A stretch of 63,557 bases of DNA, counting the filler, from Dicyema japonicum (Eukaryota; Animalia; Dicyemida): assembly GCA_011109175.1 (NCBI GenBank). It is 5 parts of 5 records of this genome, joined end to end, with 100 filler letters (N's around TTAATTAATTAA, not from the genome) between each part and the next. Parts side by side here need not be neighbours in the genome. Positions count along the whole stretch, not along the records: positions 26,423 to 56,721 come from RDEW01000160.1; 4 more parts are not named here. One strand, 5' to 3'. The notes below the pieces were generated by a model. It saw nothing but the letters and a program-made list of their open reading frames with translations. It did not search any database and was not told the DNA's origin. This document shows positions 39,771 to 54,161 of the stretch, one piece after another (position 1 is the first letter of the stretch; the number at the start of each line of letters is the position of its first letter). The position numbers and the translations under genes are program-made.

Positions 39771-41489
39771 GATACACTTTACCACTTCATTATGTCTTCG
39801 GAAATAACATCCTACCACATATTACCACACTGCGTGGCTAAAAGGTCAACATGCTGCCTTTTTTTGCAACAGACACATAGTGATCCCGTGTATGCAAAAA
39901 ACAAATTCCTATCTTGCAAAAGACAGTACAATGCTTCGCTCCGTTCCCTTTCGATAACTATTGCGAAGTAGATAGGTCGAAATTTGATTCCTTCATAAAT
40001 GTAAGCATAACCGAGTGTAGTGATTTACAATTGATTCGGTTGAGCAAGAGTTTCCTCTGAGTGTCCTTGAGTGACTTAATGTCCAGATTTTCCCCGTCGA
40101 TAACTGCATATTTGGAGGCAAGAAATCCTGCGATTGTGGCTAAGTGCCTTTTTTTATTACTCGCAGAATACCTGACCTCCGCAGACAGATAGTCGACTGT
40201 TTTTCAAAACTTTTAAGAAACTGGGAGAGTATTAATTCGCTCTTGGACGAAATCGAGGCATGTCCTCTTCCAGACGTCTCGCGGTCCAAATACAACCTCT
40301 TTTATTTTCAGGCTGGAGATGTAACTGGAGTGCCGTAAATAATCGGCTTATTTGTTGGTCAATGTCATCAAACTCGTATGGTTCGATATTAATTAGCCCG
40401 ATATAATAATTATATAGGGATAACACATTCATTGATGGCATGAAACAAATTCAGGGAATTTAGTTTTGTTTTTAACCACAGAATTATCCTCTTCCCAACA
40501 TTCTCCAATATGGAATCCATAACTTTATTCTTGAGAACATTACTTCCGCCGTCTGCGAGTACACTGAAACTTCCGCCGTCTCCGTTGATTCCATCCAAAA
40601 AAATATTTAATATAGAAACAATATTTGTTCATAACGACTGGCACCTCTTGTCCATTGGTCCGTTAATTTTGACGATCACAATCATATTCTTATCAAAATC
40701 AATTGTTCCCGTCAACCCGTTCAAACCATGCGGTATTTCACGATTACGCTAATGCCGTTCGGACAGGATATAAAAAATATGTTGATTCATCCCTATGGAG
40801 TTTTCATCCTCAGAATTTCAACTCCCTCGATACGGCAGTCAATTACTTTAACAAAGTTATCCTCAAGGGGAGAGATCTATTTGTCGAAAAGGACTCTTGA
40901 AACTCACGAAAAGAAAATACGATGCTAAACAGTTGACCTAATAAAAGAAAGGAATCGCCTCCCTCTGGATCTAAACAGTTTAATGAAAAATTGCGTGAAG
41001 ATAAGTCACAAGCCTTATAAAAAATCGGAATCCCCCTCAATCATTAAAGGGAAACCGAAAAAGGGAGTCTCCATCATCGTACTTCCTATTTCGAGATGTC
41101 GCTTTACAAATCTCTCGATTAAAGAATACACACTCTTGCGGACCAGACGGAATCCCAGTGATCATGCTGAGAAAATTGGGCGATGCAGCTATCTCTGCAC
41201 TTAAGAGTGTTTACAACTACTCGAACAACTTTAATATCATTCCCACATTATGAAAACTGACCAGTATTCACCCAATTGTGAAGCCTGGAAAACCGAAGGA
41301 GGATCCTGGTTCATACAGGCCAGTGCCCCTTTTATGTGTCCAGATACGAATTCTAGAGAGAATGGCGATGACATTGATTCGCCCCTCCTCCCAGAAGTCT
41401 GTTTCAACATGGATTCAAAGAGGGAAGATCAACTGTCACACACCTAAATGCTTTAATGAAATTTATATCAGATGGTCAAAGTTTAGAGT

Positions 41490-42010
41490 TTAGAGTCTAA
41501 ACTCTGATTGAACATTTAAAGCGAAAACATCCTAATTCAATTGGAAAAAAGGCAGACTTTTTTCTAGAATTAAAAAAGAATTTTGAAAATAAAAACACCT
41601 TACCGTCAATCTTAATAATCTTTAATAAAAATATATCTCAAGATGTCTCTGGATTATCTTATTCATATAAAGTTGCAGAGATAATCGCAAAACTGGTTGC
41701 ATTATTAGTTTAAATTATAGGTAATTCCCATTCGATTGCAGAAAATGTCATCCGTCCTTGTTTAAATTATTTATAAACGATATCTTACAAAAAGATTCTT
41801 CAAATATTATGAAGACTATTCCATTAAGCAAAGACACTATACGAAGAAGAATTGATGAAATTTCTAATGATATTGAACAATACTTAATTTTATTTCTCAG
41901 AGAAAGCAAGTTTCAGTCCAACTTGATGAATCAGTTGTCGTTGATAACCAGTCAATTTTGATGGCATACGTAAGGTTTCTTTTTGAGACAAGATTAGGAG
42001 CTAGTAAGAA
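41490..42010 (+). mobile_element. hAT Buster/ZBED5-like transposase fragment (second copy ~49360-49835)
   Basis: IPLSKDTIRRRIDEIS..FSVELDES; a separate hAT terminus ..GGGAAGCACTG ends at 42611 with the nnnTAnnn site CTTTAGGC. Confidence 0.75.
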
Positions 42011-42996
42011 ACTAAGAGAATAGTCGAGAGCCTGAGGTCAGCTCAACGACGCCGCGCTGCGTATTGAGTGGCAGTTTCCGCGGAGCACAGCGACCGAGAT
42101 TCGCTGGAAAAGCCAGCTCGTCTCCCTCCGGTCGTATGTTTTGGAAAAGATTTTCCTGCCAATGTCGGTGAAGAGTTGAGCAGCAGCCTTGCCGGTATTT
42201 CGTCCTCTTTGACTCTTCAGCCTGAGCACTGTCGGAACCCGGGTTGCTGACAGTCTTGGGTAGCATCGTCACCGAAAAAGAGTCGACGCACGTGGAATCG
42301 CAAACCAGGGACTTGCCTTCCCTAAAAGGAAAGGTCGTCATCCCGTCGGGACGCTTGCCGTCACTCCGGAAAAGGCCGACTGGCTCTAGAGTGGAAAGGG
42401 AAACCAGCCGACTCCAGGGCCCTCCTGACAACGTCATTGAGTTGTGTGTGGCGGGGAATTCTGCCGGCACTCTTCTTACACGACAAGGCGTGCAAGCCGT
42501 TCGACGAAATTGTGGACCCGCACCGGCACTTACACTTACGACGAAATGATTTTTAAAATCATTCCTGGCACCCCCTAAAAAATTTCTCGCACCCCCAATC
42601 GGGAAGCACTGCTTTAGGCGATCCTGTGAAGTAATACCCAACTAATTAAAGTAATCTCAATTTTAATCTTGGTCTGAACAAAAATGTTTGGTTTGTTAAA
42701 CTGGGCCTTCGTTTCAGGCAGAATCGATGTATCAACTCTAATTTCAACATTTTGTGTTGACAGTATTGACTGAAGCAGATGTCCCATTAACTTTCATGGT
42801 TTTTTAATTCAATAGATTCGACACAGATGAAGATGAATACTCTTTATAACTTAATTGTGTTTTTGGAAATAATCGCTGTTTAACATTTTACCACACTGAT
42901 TGGCAAATAGTCAACCGTTTTTTAATGCTTTTTATGCAATGATTACATAATGGCCCCAAATGATGCGAAAAATAAATCTTTTATCGGATTTAAATA

Positions 42997-43230
42997 ATTC
43001 TTGTAGCCGAACGGTTGAGTGCTCGTAACTAAATCACTTGGTTCCGGGTTCGATTCCCAGCGGCTGCCTGTGCCGGAAGCTCCGATCGGGTTTGACGAGT
43101 GATGCCGTCATGGACATCTTATCATATACGGACTCCGCACAGAGATGGGTCTCCGGACCCCCGGATCTCCGGATTAGATGTCGAGCTTCCCCCATTTACT
43201 GGGCTGCACTAAAAATAAAAAAATAAAAAA
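42997..43230 (+). mobile_element. tRNA-derived SINE
   Basis: A-box TAGCCGAACGG (43004), B-box GGTTCGATTCC (43047), GC-rich self-complementary body and A-rich tail. Confidence 0.75.
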
Positions 43231-44904
43231 CTTAAGACAAGAGAGAACTAATGGACTCTTATTCTGGGATTAACTAGAATAATTAACTTTCTTGTTCTCT
43301 CTTTTGCTCTTAAAAAACATTGTGTGGCTCGCACAAGGAGAGCTTAGGCACTTACCTGCCTCTGTCTTTCCGGTAGTGCTGCTTTGATATATAATTGATT
43401 CTTGTGGTACGTTCATGTTTGTTTTGACTGAGCTCTGTGGAACGCAATCTGACGGCCTACCTACGAATCAATAAAAAGAAAAACCAGCGAGAACGTAGAT
43501 TGATGTAGCTCAAGGAACTCTCCACTGCCCAAAAATTTTCTTTACTCACACCCTGCTCAAGCAGGCCATGAAGGCCTGCTCACCTTGCAAGCCGATATCG
43601 ATCAAGTCAGCAATGCTGATTAGATACAATGGGCTACAGAAGTAGTACAGTCCGCCTCGTGGTGGATGGCCTCATATAACACGGGCGTTCAATGAAAAGT
43701 TCCAAACTACAAAGTCAATACTGAATGTGAAGACCTTAGTGAGGAGTAGAGTGAAGGAGGACTACCAGGTTCTTAATAAAGAAATTTTGACTGGTATAAA
43801 TGCTGCGATTGGGGAATTTATGAAAGCAAATCTACCAGCTAATCTCAATGATATTGCTGACATCCTCTATTCTTGCATATGACGCATTGGCCCACCGCGC
43901 CAGGAAAAGAAGCGAGTGGACCGGAATTATGAACGCGAAGCTTGGCAAACTAAGAAAGGAACTCGACTTGGTTACACCACTAACCAACGACAAAACGAGT
44001 AAATCATTCGACGACGAATTGAGAGACATCTTGAGCCAATATGGATACCGAAAGGCAAAAAAGGAGACTTGTTCAGAGTTGTGACCTGCATCCAGGATGA
44101 GGCAAAAATTGTGAAAAAACTGGCAACCAGTGAAACAAGAAAAAAATTTCGGAGGGACAATATGTGTTTTGAACTTGTGACTCACCCAAGGACCTAAGGC
44201 CGATTACTCCCATGCCAAATCTATATAACTTGTAACTAAATATGTGAACAAAAAATTGACGGACTACATTGAAGCATACAATTTGATCAGCGACAATCAA
44301 TTGGGGACGAGAAGAATGTGCCAAGGAGCCAAAGAGCAGCCATTGCTTAACCAATGTATCCATCAAAGAAATGGGAATAACCTGACTTCTGTGTGGATTG
44401 ATGTAAAAAAGGCCTTTGACTCTGTTGACCACGAGTTTTTATACCAAATCCTCGATAACTCCGGCCTCCCTCGTTGGATTGTGGATTTTATAAAGGGACT
44501 TGTCACGAAATGGAAGATCAACCTGAGATCTAACTAAACAGAAATTGGTGAAGTGAGAATGGAGAGGGGATCTTGCAGGGTGATCTTTATCACCACAAAT
44601 TTTTGTGCTTATCCTGGACTCGCTGAGTAGAATATTGAATAGAAAATTCCCAAATGTGCTAGTGAACAAGTCAGGAAAGAGTGATCAAGTATAGTTAACA
44701 AACCACTTGTTATTCATGGACGATCTAAAAGTGTTTGCTCGAGAAGGAAGACAATGTAATGAGGATGATGGCCCAGGTTGATCAATTCTTTCAAGCTGCC
44801 GGATTGGAGCAAAATTCTGAAAAGTCTGCAGCTAATCTTGAAGGGTTGAGTGACAAAGCCACGCTGCTTGACGGGATTGATAGTTATCGTTACCTTGGAG
44901 TATT

Positions 44905-45670
44905 GGAATTCCGAAGGCTAGCTGCTAAAATCGCGGCCTGGAGAGTTTGCAGCGAAGAAAGAGCTGTCCCCAATTCAGGTTTGGTGTTGGAGTGGCCGGT
45001 GGATGCGAGGCGGCAGTGCACGCGACAAGGACCTATTTCGTCGAAACAATTCTCAAACCCGATGCCTGGGCCTGAAGTTAGATATATCGAACGCCTTTAA
45101 CTCGCTAAGGAGGACTGTATTCTGGAGGCATGCTGGAAAAGAGCGCCAGAAATTGCCAGGCTAGTACTTTTATCGTATGGGACGGAGTCAACCTTGGTGT
45201 ACGAAAACGAAATTGTTCAATCACGCACTGGAGTTCAGCAGGGGGACCCTCTAGGACCATTGCTATTCGCTTTGACTATTGATAGCGTGGTCCGCAACAT
45301 AGAATCCGAATTTAACTTATGGTACCTGGATGATGCCACGATAGCTGGCCCATGGGAGAATGTATATCGTGACGTTCTTCGGCGATTCCAGCTCTTGGCG
45401 AACTGGGTCTGAGTGTCAACATTCGGAAGTCTGAATTGGTCAACATCTCTTGCTCGACCCCGGATTTTTCAGCTGTACGTCAGGCATTCGAGGGATTACT
45501 GCCAGGATTACCATAACTTCACTGGACAGAGTACACTTTCTCGGGTGTCGCTTGGTGATGCGGGTTGGAAATCACCTTCGCAGCAAGGGAAAAGAAGTTG
45601 AAACGTTTACGGAGAGAATATCCACCTTGGATCCACATGTCTCGTTCTTTTTACTAAAGAAATGCATCGC
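44905..45670 (+). mobile_element. CRE RT-core fragment (second copy ~52690-53460); CRE endonuclease fragments on minus at 42010-42540 and 49840-50360
   Basis: KLDISNAFNSL..GVQQGDPLGPLLF..WYLDDATI. Confidence 0.85.
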
Positions 45671-46379
45671 AATGCATTTCTCTGCCTCTCGCAGGATAGG
45701 AATTGATTTCTCGCATCCATGGGGTCTTTATGAAATCATTGCAAAAAAGCAGAAAAACTGTCGATCATTTGGCCACCCAGCGTGGTAAAATGTTAAGCAG
45801 TGATTATCTCCGAAGACACAAAGAAGTTGTAAAGTGTATCCATTTACATTTTTGTCGAGCTGAGAGGAAGGAAGATAAAGGCTCACTCGGTTCAGTCTAT
45901 AATATCTACGCAGAATGTTGAAATCCGAGTTGAAACGTCAATTATGACAGAATCAAAAGTTCAATTCAACAAACCTGACATTTTTGTTTACGACAAAATA
46001 AAGAAGAAAATAACTTTAATCGAGGTGGGCATTACATCACAAGACCACCTCAAAACAAGTCGAAATCGAGAAATTTTACAAATATGATCTACTGGCAAAT
46101 GAACGTTCGATACTCTATGAAGCATAGGTGAAGAATATTCCGGTGGTTTTGATGTAGGATGGAGTTGTCCCGAAATGCTCTAAAAATTGCATTAAATAAA
46201 ATAACCATTGAAAGGCAACGAGAACTTACATCCAATCCGTTGTATTGAAAAGAAAACTCGAAATTATGTTAATTAAACACAAGCATGAGATGAAAATACC
46301 TGATGAAGAATACGCCTCTGCTACCAACTTGTAGAACTGGCATGCTGTCGGGACATGTCAATTGAAGCTATGGGACATA

Positions 46380-47680
46380 CAGTGGGGCAAAAAAGTCATG
46401 GAACGCTTGCATATTTTGACTAAATTTAATAGTTCTCCGCCAAAATAATATTAAATACTGTAGTTTAAAAAATACATTAGAAATATAAGACATTTTAGAT
46501 TAATTGTTGAAAAAACTATACTAACTTGAGTTATTTATTCTGCAATAATTAGCGATTTATTTGTAACAATCAATTTATTGAAGGAAAAAAGTCATGGAAC
46601 GAAATCAAATTAATATTTAGTTGCACTCCCTTTTGCTAGTAGTACTGCTTCCAATCTTTTTTTGTAAGGATAAATAAGCTTCTGACATTCAAATGGAGTA
46701 ATATTTTCCCATTCTTCATAGCAAATTGTTTTCAATTCGTAAATGTTTTTCGGTTTCTTAAACCAACTTTCATTTTAAAAATTTTCCATAAATGTTCGAT
46801 TGGATTGAGGTCTGGTGATTGACTTGGCCATTCCAAAACATTTATTTTGTTCCTTAGTAACCATTCAACAGTCATTTTTGACTTAGGTCGTTGTCATGCT
46901 GGAATGTCCATTGTTGTGTCAAATTTAATTTAGCGACCGAACGAAACAGGCATTCTTCCAGGATTTCGCAATATTTGAGCGAATTCATTATTCCATCTAT
47001 TACAAATAATTCACCGACGCCTGTTGATGAAAAACAGCCCCACAGCATGATACTTCCTCCCCGTGCTTTATGGTAGGCATGGTGCATTTTTGGTTATACG
47101 CCTGATTGGATTTACGCCAAATTGAAGGCGTGTAGTTCAGTCCGAAAAGTTGTATTTTTGATTCTTCCGACCATAAAATATTGTTTATGAATTCATTTTC
47201 TTTATTTAAAAGATATTTGGCATATTTAATTCGTGCAGAAATGTGTATTTTCTTTAATAACGGAACACGACGGGGCCTTCGTTTATTGATACCTTCATTG
47301 CGTAGTGTAGAAGTAATTGTACGAAGGGGTACTAATGTTCCTGCAATCCTTAAATCATCAGCCAATTCTTTTCGAGTAATTCTTGGTTTTTTACCGACTA
47401 TTCTTTTCATTAATGAGCAAGAACGTCGAGTTATTTTTTTCGGAGCACCTGATATTGGTCGATTCATAACAATTCTGTCTTGTTTCCATCGGGTAATAAT
47501 ATTCCAAGCAGTACTTTTTAGCAATTTCAACAATTTAGAAATCTTTCCATAACTTCTACCCTTTTAGTAGGCCGTTCCAACTCTTTGTTTATGTCCAAAG
47601 AATGCCTTTTTCTCATTGACATGATAATTTTAATAAAAAGCGAAAAATGTAAGTGTAATTATACTAATGAAGTTATCAAG
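46380..47680 (-). mobile_element. Tc1 copy 2 (one-ended, inactive)
   Basis: Same terminus after TA; first catalytic D changed to E (WSEESK); shares the KHG frameshift. Confidence 0.9.
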
Positions 47681-50600
47681 AGGATACACTTTATCACTTC
47701 ATTATGTCTTCGGAGATAACATCCTACCACATATTACCATACCGCGTGGCTAGATGACCAATAGTCTGCCTTTTTTTGCAATGGACGCATAGTGATCCCG
47801 TGTATGCAAAAAACAAGTTTCTATTGCAAAAGATAGTACAGTGCTTCGCTCCGTTCCCTTTGGATAAACATTGCGAAGTAGATATGTCGATATTTGATTC
47901 CTCCATACATTTAAATATAACCGAGTGTAGTGATTTACAGTTGATTCGGTTAAGCAAGAGTTTCCTCTGAGTGTCCTTGAGTGACTGAATTTCCAGGCCA
48001 TTTTTTTTTTTTGTTTATATTACTCGCAGAATACCCGACCTTCGCAGACAGATAGTCGACTGTTTTTCCAAACTTTTAAGAAACTGGAAGAGTATTAATT
48101 CGCTTTTGAACGAAATTGAGGCAAGTCCTCTTCCAAACGTCTTACGGTTCAAATACAACCTCTCCTTATTTGCAGGCTGGAGATGTAACTTGAGAGTCGT
48201 AAGTAATCGGCGTATTTGTTGGTCAATTTCATCAAATTCGTATGGTTCGATATTGATTAGCCCGATATAATAATTATGTAGGGATAATGCATATTCATTG
48301 ATGCGCGAAACAAATTCACAGCTTTCAGCTTTATTTTTGAAAGCATTGTTATTTTCTTCTTGACATTCTTCACTATAGAGTCCATAACTTTACTCTTGAG
48401 GACATTGCTTCCGCCGTCTGCGAGTACACTGAAACTTCCGCCGTCTCCGTTGATTCCATCCAAAAAAATATTTAATATAGAAACAATATTTGTTCATAAC
48501 GACTGGCACCTCTTGTCCATTGGTCCGTTAATTTTGACGATCACAATCATATTCTTATCAAAATCAATTGTTCCCGTCAACCCGTTCAAACCATGCGGTA
48601 TTTCACGCTTACGCTAATGCCGACTGGACAGGATATAAAAAATATGTTGATTCATCCCTATGGAGTTTTCATCCTCAGAATTTCAACTCCCTCGATACGG
48701 CAGTCAATTACTTTAACAAAGTTATCCTCAAGGGAGAGATCTATTTGTCGGAAAAGGACTCTTGAAACTCACGAAAAGAAAAATACGATGCTAAACAGTT
48801 GACCTAATAAAAGAAAGGAATCGCCTCCCTCCGGATCTAAACACTTTTATGAAACATTGCGTGAAGATAAGTCACAAGTCTTATAAAATTAGAAACCCCC
48901 TCAATCATTAAAGGGAAACCGAAAAGGGAGCCTCCATCATCGTACTTCCTACCTCGAGATGTTGCTTTAGAAATTTCTCGATTAAAGAATACACGCTCTT
49001 GCGGACCAGACGGAATCCCAGTGATCATGCTGAAAAAATTGGGCGATGCAGCTGTCTCAGCACATAAGAGTATTTACAACTACTAGAGCAACTTCAATAT
49101 CATTCCCAAATTATGGAAACTGTCGACTATTTACCCAATCCTGAAGCCTGGGAAACCAAGGGAGGATCCTGGTTCATACAGGCCAGTGCCCCTTTTATGT
49201 GTCCAGATACGAATTCTAGAGAGAATGGCGATGACATTGATTCGCCCCTCCTCCCAGAAGTCTGTTTTCAACATGGATTCAAAGAGGGAAGATCAACTGT
49301 CACACACCTAAATGCTTTAATGAAATTTATATCAGATGGTCAAAGTTTAGAGTTTAGAGTCTAAACTCTGATTGAACATTTAAAGCGAAAACATCATAAT
49401 TCAATTGGAAAAAGGCAGACTTTTTTCTAGAATTAAAAAAGAATTTTGAAAATAAAAACACCTTACCGTCAATCTTAATAATCTTTAATAAAATATATCT
49501 CAAGATGTCTCTGGATTCTCTTATTCATATAAAGTTGCAGAGATATCGCAAAACTGGTTGCATTATTATTTTAAATTATAGGTAATGCCCATTCGATTGC
49601 AGAAAACTTACAAAAAGATTCTTCAAATATTATGAAGACTATTCCATTAAGCAACGACACTATACAAAGAAGAATTGATGAAATTTCTAATGAAATTGAA
49701 CAATCCTTAATTTTATTTCTCAGAGAACGCAAGTTTTCAGTCGAACTTGACGAATCAGTTGTCGTTGATAACCACTCAATTTTGATGACATATGTAAGGT
49801 TTCTTTTTGAAATAAGATTAGAAGCTAGTAAGTAACTAAGAGAGAATAGTCGAGAGCCTGAGGTTAGCTCAACGACGCCGCGCTGCGTATTGAGTGGCAG
49901 TTTCCGGGAGAACAGCGATCGAGATTCGCTGGAAAAGCCAGCTCGTCTCCCTCCGGTCGTATGTTTTGGAAAAGATTTTCCTGCAATGTCGGTGAAGAGT
50001 TGAGCAGCAGCCTTGCCGGTATTTCGTCCTCCTTGACTCTTCAGCCTGAGCACTGGCGAACCCGGGTTGCTGACAGTCTTGGGTAGCATCGTCACCGAAA
50101 AAGAGTCGACGCACGTGGCATCCCAAACCAGGGACTTGCCTTCCCTAAAAGAAAGGTCGTCATCCCGTCGGGACGCTTGCCGTCGCTCCGGAAAAGGCCG
50201 ACTGGCTCTAGAGTGGAAGGGAAACCAGCCGACTCCAGGGCCCTCCTGACAACGTCATTGAGTTGTGTGTGGCGGGGAATTCTGCCGGCACTCTTCTTAC
50301 ACGACAAGGCGTGCAAGCCGTTCGACGAAATTGTGGACCCGCACGGCACTTACACTTACGACGAAATGATTTTTAAAATCATTCCTGGCACCTCCTAAAA
50401 AATTTCTCGCACCCCAATCGGGAAGCACTGCTTTAGGCGATCCTGTGAAGTAATACCCAATTAATTAAAGTAATCTCAATTTTAATCTTGGTCTGAACAA
50501 AAATGTTTGGTTTGTTGAACTGGAACTTTGTTTCAGTCAGAATCGATCTATCAACTCTGATTTCAATATTTTGTGTTGACAGTATTGACTGAACCGAATT

Positions 50601-50811
50601 TACCCTTAACTTTGTTTTTTAGTTACATAGATTCGGCACAGATGAAAACGAATACACTTTACAACTTAATTGTGTCTTCGGAAGTAATCGGTGTTTAACA
50701 TTTACCACACTGATTGGCAAATTGTCAACAGTTTTTTAATGCTTTTTATGCAATGATTACATAATGGCCCCAAATGATGCGAAAAATAAATCTTTTATCG
50801 GATTTAAATTA

Positions 50812-51010
50812 ATTCTTGTAGCCGAACGGTTGAGTGCTCGTAATCAAATCTCTTGGTTCCGGGTTCGATTCCCAGAGGCTGCCTGTGCCGGAAGCTCCGT
50901 CATATACGGACTCTGCACAGAGATGGGTCTCCGGACCCCCGGATCTCCGGATTAGATGTCAAGCTTCCTCACCATCTATTGGGCCGCACTAAAAATAAAA
51001 AAAGAAAAAC
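50812..51010 (+). mobile_element. tRNA-derived SINE, copy with ~37-bp internal deletion
   Basis: Homologous to 42997-43230; A and B boxes intact. Confidence 0.75.
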
Positions 51011-54000
51011 TTAAGACAAGAGAGAACTAATGGATGTCTTATTCTGGGATTAATTAGAATAATTAACTCTCTCGTTCTCTCTCTTGCTCTTGAAAAAAAT
51101 TGTGTGGCTCGCACAAGGAGAGCTTAGGCACTTACCTGCCTCTGCCTTTCCGGTAGTGCTGCTTTATATATAATTGATTCTTGTGATACGTGCATTTTTG
51201 TTCGACTAAGCTCTGTGAAACGCTACCTGAGGGCCTACATACGAATCAATTAAAAGAAAAATCAATGAGAACGTAGATTGAAGTGGCCCAAGGAACTTCC
51301 CACTTCCCATGAACTTGCCTTACTCACACCCTGCTCTCCAGCAGGCCATGAAGTCCTACTTACCTTGCAAGCCCTGATTGATCAAGTCACCATTGCTGAT
51401 AAAATACACTGGGTCACAAAAGTGGCCCACTCCGCCTCGTGGTGGATGGCCTCATATAACACGGGCGTTCAATGAAAAGTTCCAAACTACAAAGTCAATA
51501 TTGAATGTGAAGACCCTAGTGAGGAATAGAGTGAAAGAGGACTACCAGCTTAATAATAAAGAAATTTTGACTTGTATCAATGCTTCGATTGAGGAATTTA
51601 TGAAAGCAAATCGACCAGCTAATCTCGATGACATTGCTGACATCCTCTATGCTGGCACGACCATATTACGCACTGACCCACCGCGTCAGTAAAAGAAGTG
51701 AGTGGATCGGAATTATAAACGCAAAGCTCGACAGACCAAGGAAAGACCCCGAGTTGGTTATACCACTTACTAACTACAAAATGAGTTCGTCATTCGGCGA
51801 CGAATTTAGAAACATTTTGAACTAATATGGTTTCCGGAAGGCAAAAGAGGAGACCTGTTCAGAGTTATCATTTGTATTCAGGATGAGGTAAAAATTGTGG
51901 AAAAACTGGCAACCCATGAAACAAGGAAAAACTTCAGGAGGGAAAATATGTGTTTTGAACTTGTGACTCACCCAAGGACCTGAGGCCAATTACTTGTATG
52001 CCAAATCTATATAACTTGTAACTAAGTGTGTGAACAAAAAATTGACAGACTAAATTGAAGCATACAATTTGGTCAGCAATAATCAGTTAGGGACGAGAAG
52101 AATGTGCCAAAGAGCCAAAGAGAAGGCATTGCTCAACCAATACATCCATCAACAAAATGGGAATAACCTGCTTTCTGCGTGGTTAATGTAAAAAAGGCCT
52201 TTGACTCTGTTGACCACGAGTTTCTATACCAAGTCCTCGATAATTCCGGCCTCCCTCGTTGGATTGTGGATTTATAAAGGGAATTGTCACAAAATGAAAG
52301 ATCAAGATGAGATTTAATCAAAAAAAGATTGGTGAAGTGAGAATGGAGAGAGGGATCTTGCAGGGTGATCTTTATCGCCGCAAATCTTTGTGCTTATCCT
52401 GGACCCCCTGAGTAGAATATTGAATGCGAAATTCCCAAATATGCTAGTGGACAAGTCAGGCAAGAGTGCTCAAGTATACTCAACGAACCACTTGTTATTC
52501 ATGGACGACCTAAGAGTGTTTGCTCATAGGAAGACACTGTAATGAGGATGATGGCCGAAGTTGATCAATTCTTTCAAGCTGCCGGATTGGAGCCAAATGC
52601 CGAAAAGTCTGCAACTAATCTTGAAGGGGTTGAGTGGCAAAGCCACACTGCTTGACGGGATTGATGGTTATCGTTACCTTGGAGTATTGGAATTCCGAAG
52701 GCTAGCTGCTAAAATCGCGGCCTGGAGAGTTTGCAGCGAAGAGCTGTCCCCAATTCAGGTTTGGTGTTGGAGTGGCCGGTGGATGCGAGGCGGCAGTGCA
52801 CGCGACAAGGACCTATTTCGTCGAAACAATTCTCAAACCCGATGCCTGGGCCTGAAGTTAGATATATCGAACGCCTTTAACTCGCTAAGGAGGGACTGTA
52901 TTCTGGAGGCATGCTGGAAAAGAGCGCCAGAAATTGCCAGGCTAGTACTTTTATCGTATGGGACGGAGTCAACCTGGTGTACGAAAAACGAAATTGTTCA
53001 ATCACGCACCGGAGTTCAGCAGGGGGACCCTCTAGGACCATTGCTATTCGCTTTGACTATTGATAGCGTGGTCCGCAACATAGAATCCGAATTTAACTTA
53101 TGGTACCTGGATGATGCCACGATAGCTGGCCCATGGGAGAATGTATATCGTGACGTTTCTTCGGCGATTCCAGCTCTTGGCGAACTGGGTCTGAGTGTCA
53201 ACATTCGGAAGTCTGAATTGGTCAACATCTCTTGCTCGACCCCGGATTTTTCAGCTGTACGTCAGGCATTCGAGGGATTACTGCCAGGATTACCATAACT
53301 TCACTGGACAGAGTACACTTTCTCGGGTGTCCGCTTGGTGATGCGGAGTTGGAAATCACCTTCGCAGCAAGGGAAAAGAAGTTGAAACGTTTACGGAGAG
53401 AATATCCACCTTGGATCCACATGTCTCGTTCTTTTTACTAAAGAAATGCATCGCAATGCATTTCTCTGCCTCTCGCAGGATAGGAATTGATTTCTCGCAT
53501 CCATGGGGTCTTTATGAAATCATTGCAAAAAAGCAGAAAAACTGTCGATCATTTGGCCACCCAGCGTGGTAAAATGTTAAGCAGTGATTATCTCCGAAGA
53601 CACAAAGAAGTTGTAAAGTGTATCCATTTACATTTTTGTCGAGCCGAGAGGAAGGAAGATAAAGGCTCACTCGGTTCAGTCTATATATCGACGCAGAATG
53701 TTGAAATCCGAGTTGAAACGTCAATTATGACAGAATCAAAAGTTCAATACAATAAACCTGATATTTTTGTTTACGACAAAATAAAGAAAGAAATAACTTT
53801 AATCGAGGCGGGCATTACATCACAAGACCGCCTCAAAACAAGTCGAAATCGAGAAATTTCACAAATATGATCTACTGGAAAATGAACGTTCGATACTCTA
53901 TGAAGCATAGGTGAAGAATATTCCGGTGGTTTTGATGTAGGATGGAGTTGTCCCGAAATGCTCTAAAAATTGCATTAAATAAAATAACCATTGAAAGGCA

Positions 54001-54161
54001 ACAAGAACTTACATCCAATCCGTTGTATTGAAAAGAAAGCTCGAAATTATGTTAATTAAACACAAGCATGAGATGAAAATACCTGATGAAGAAACGCCTC
54101 TGCTACCAACTTGTAGAACTGGCATGCTGTCGGGACATGTCAATTGAAGCTATGGGACATA

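Noticed and set aside
42997-43068. Functional tRNA gene
   Set aside because: Acceptor and anticodon stems do not pair; followed by a body and A-tail, so interpreted as a SINE head.
43350-43440. ACTTACCTG resembling the U1 snRNA 5' end
   Set aside because: U1 stem-loop I and II motifs and a proper Sm context are missing.
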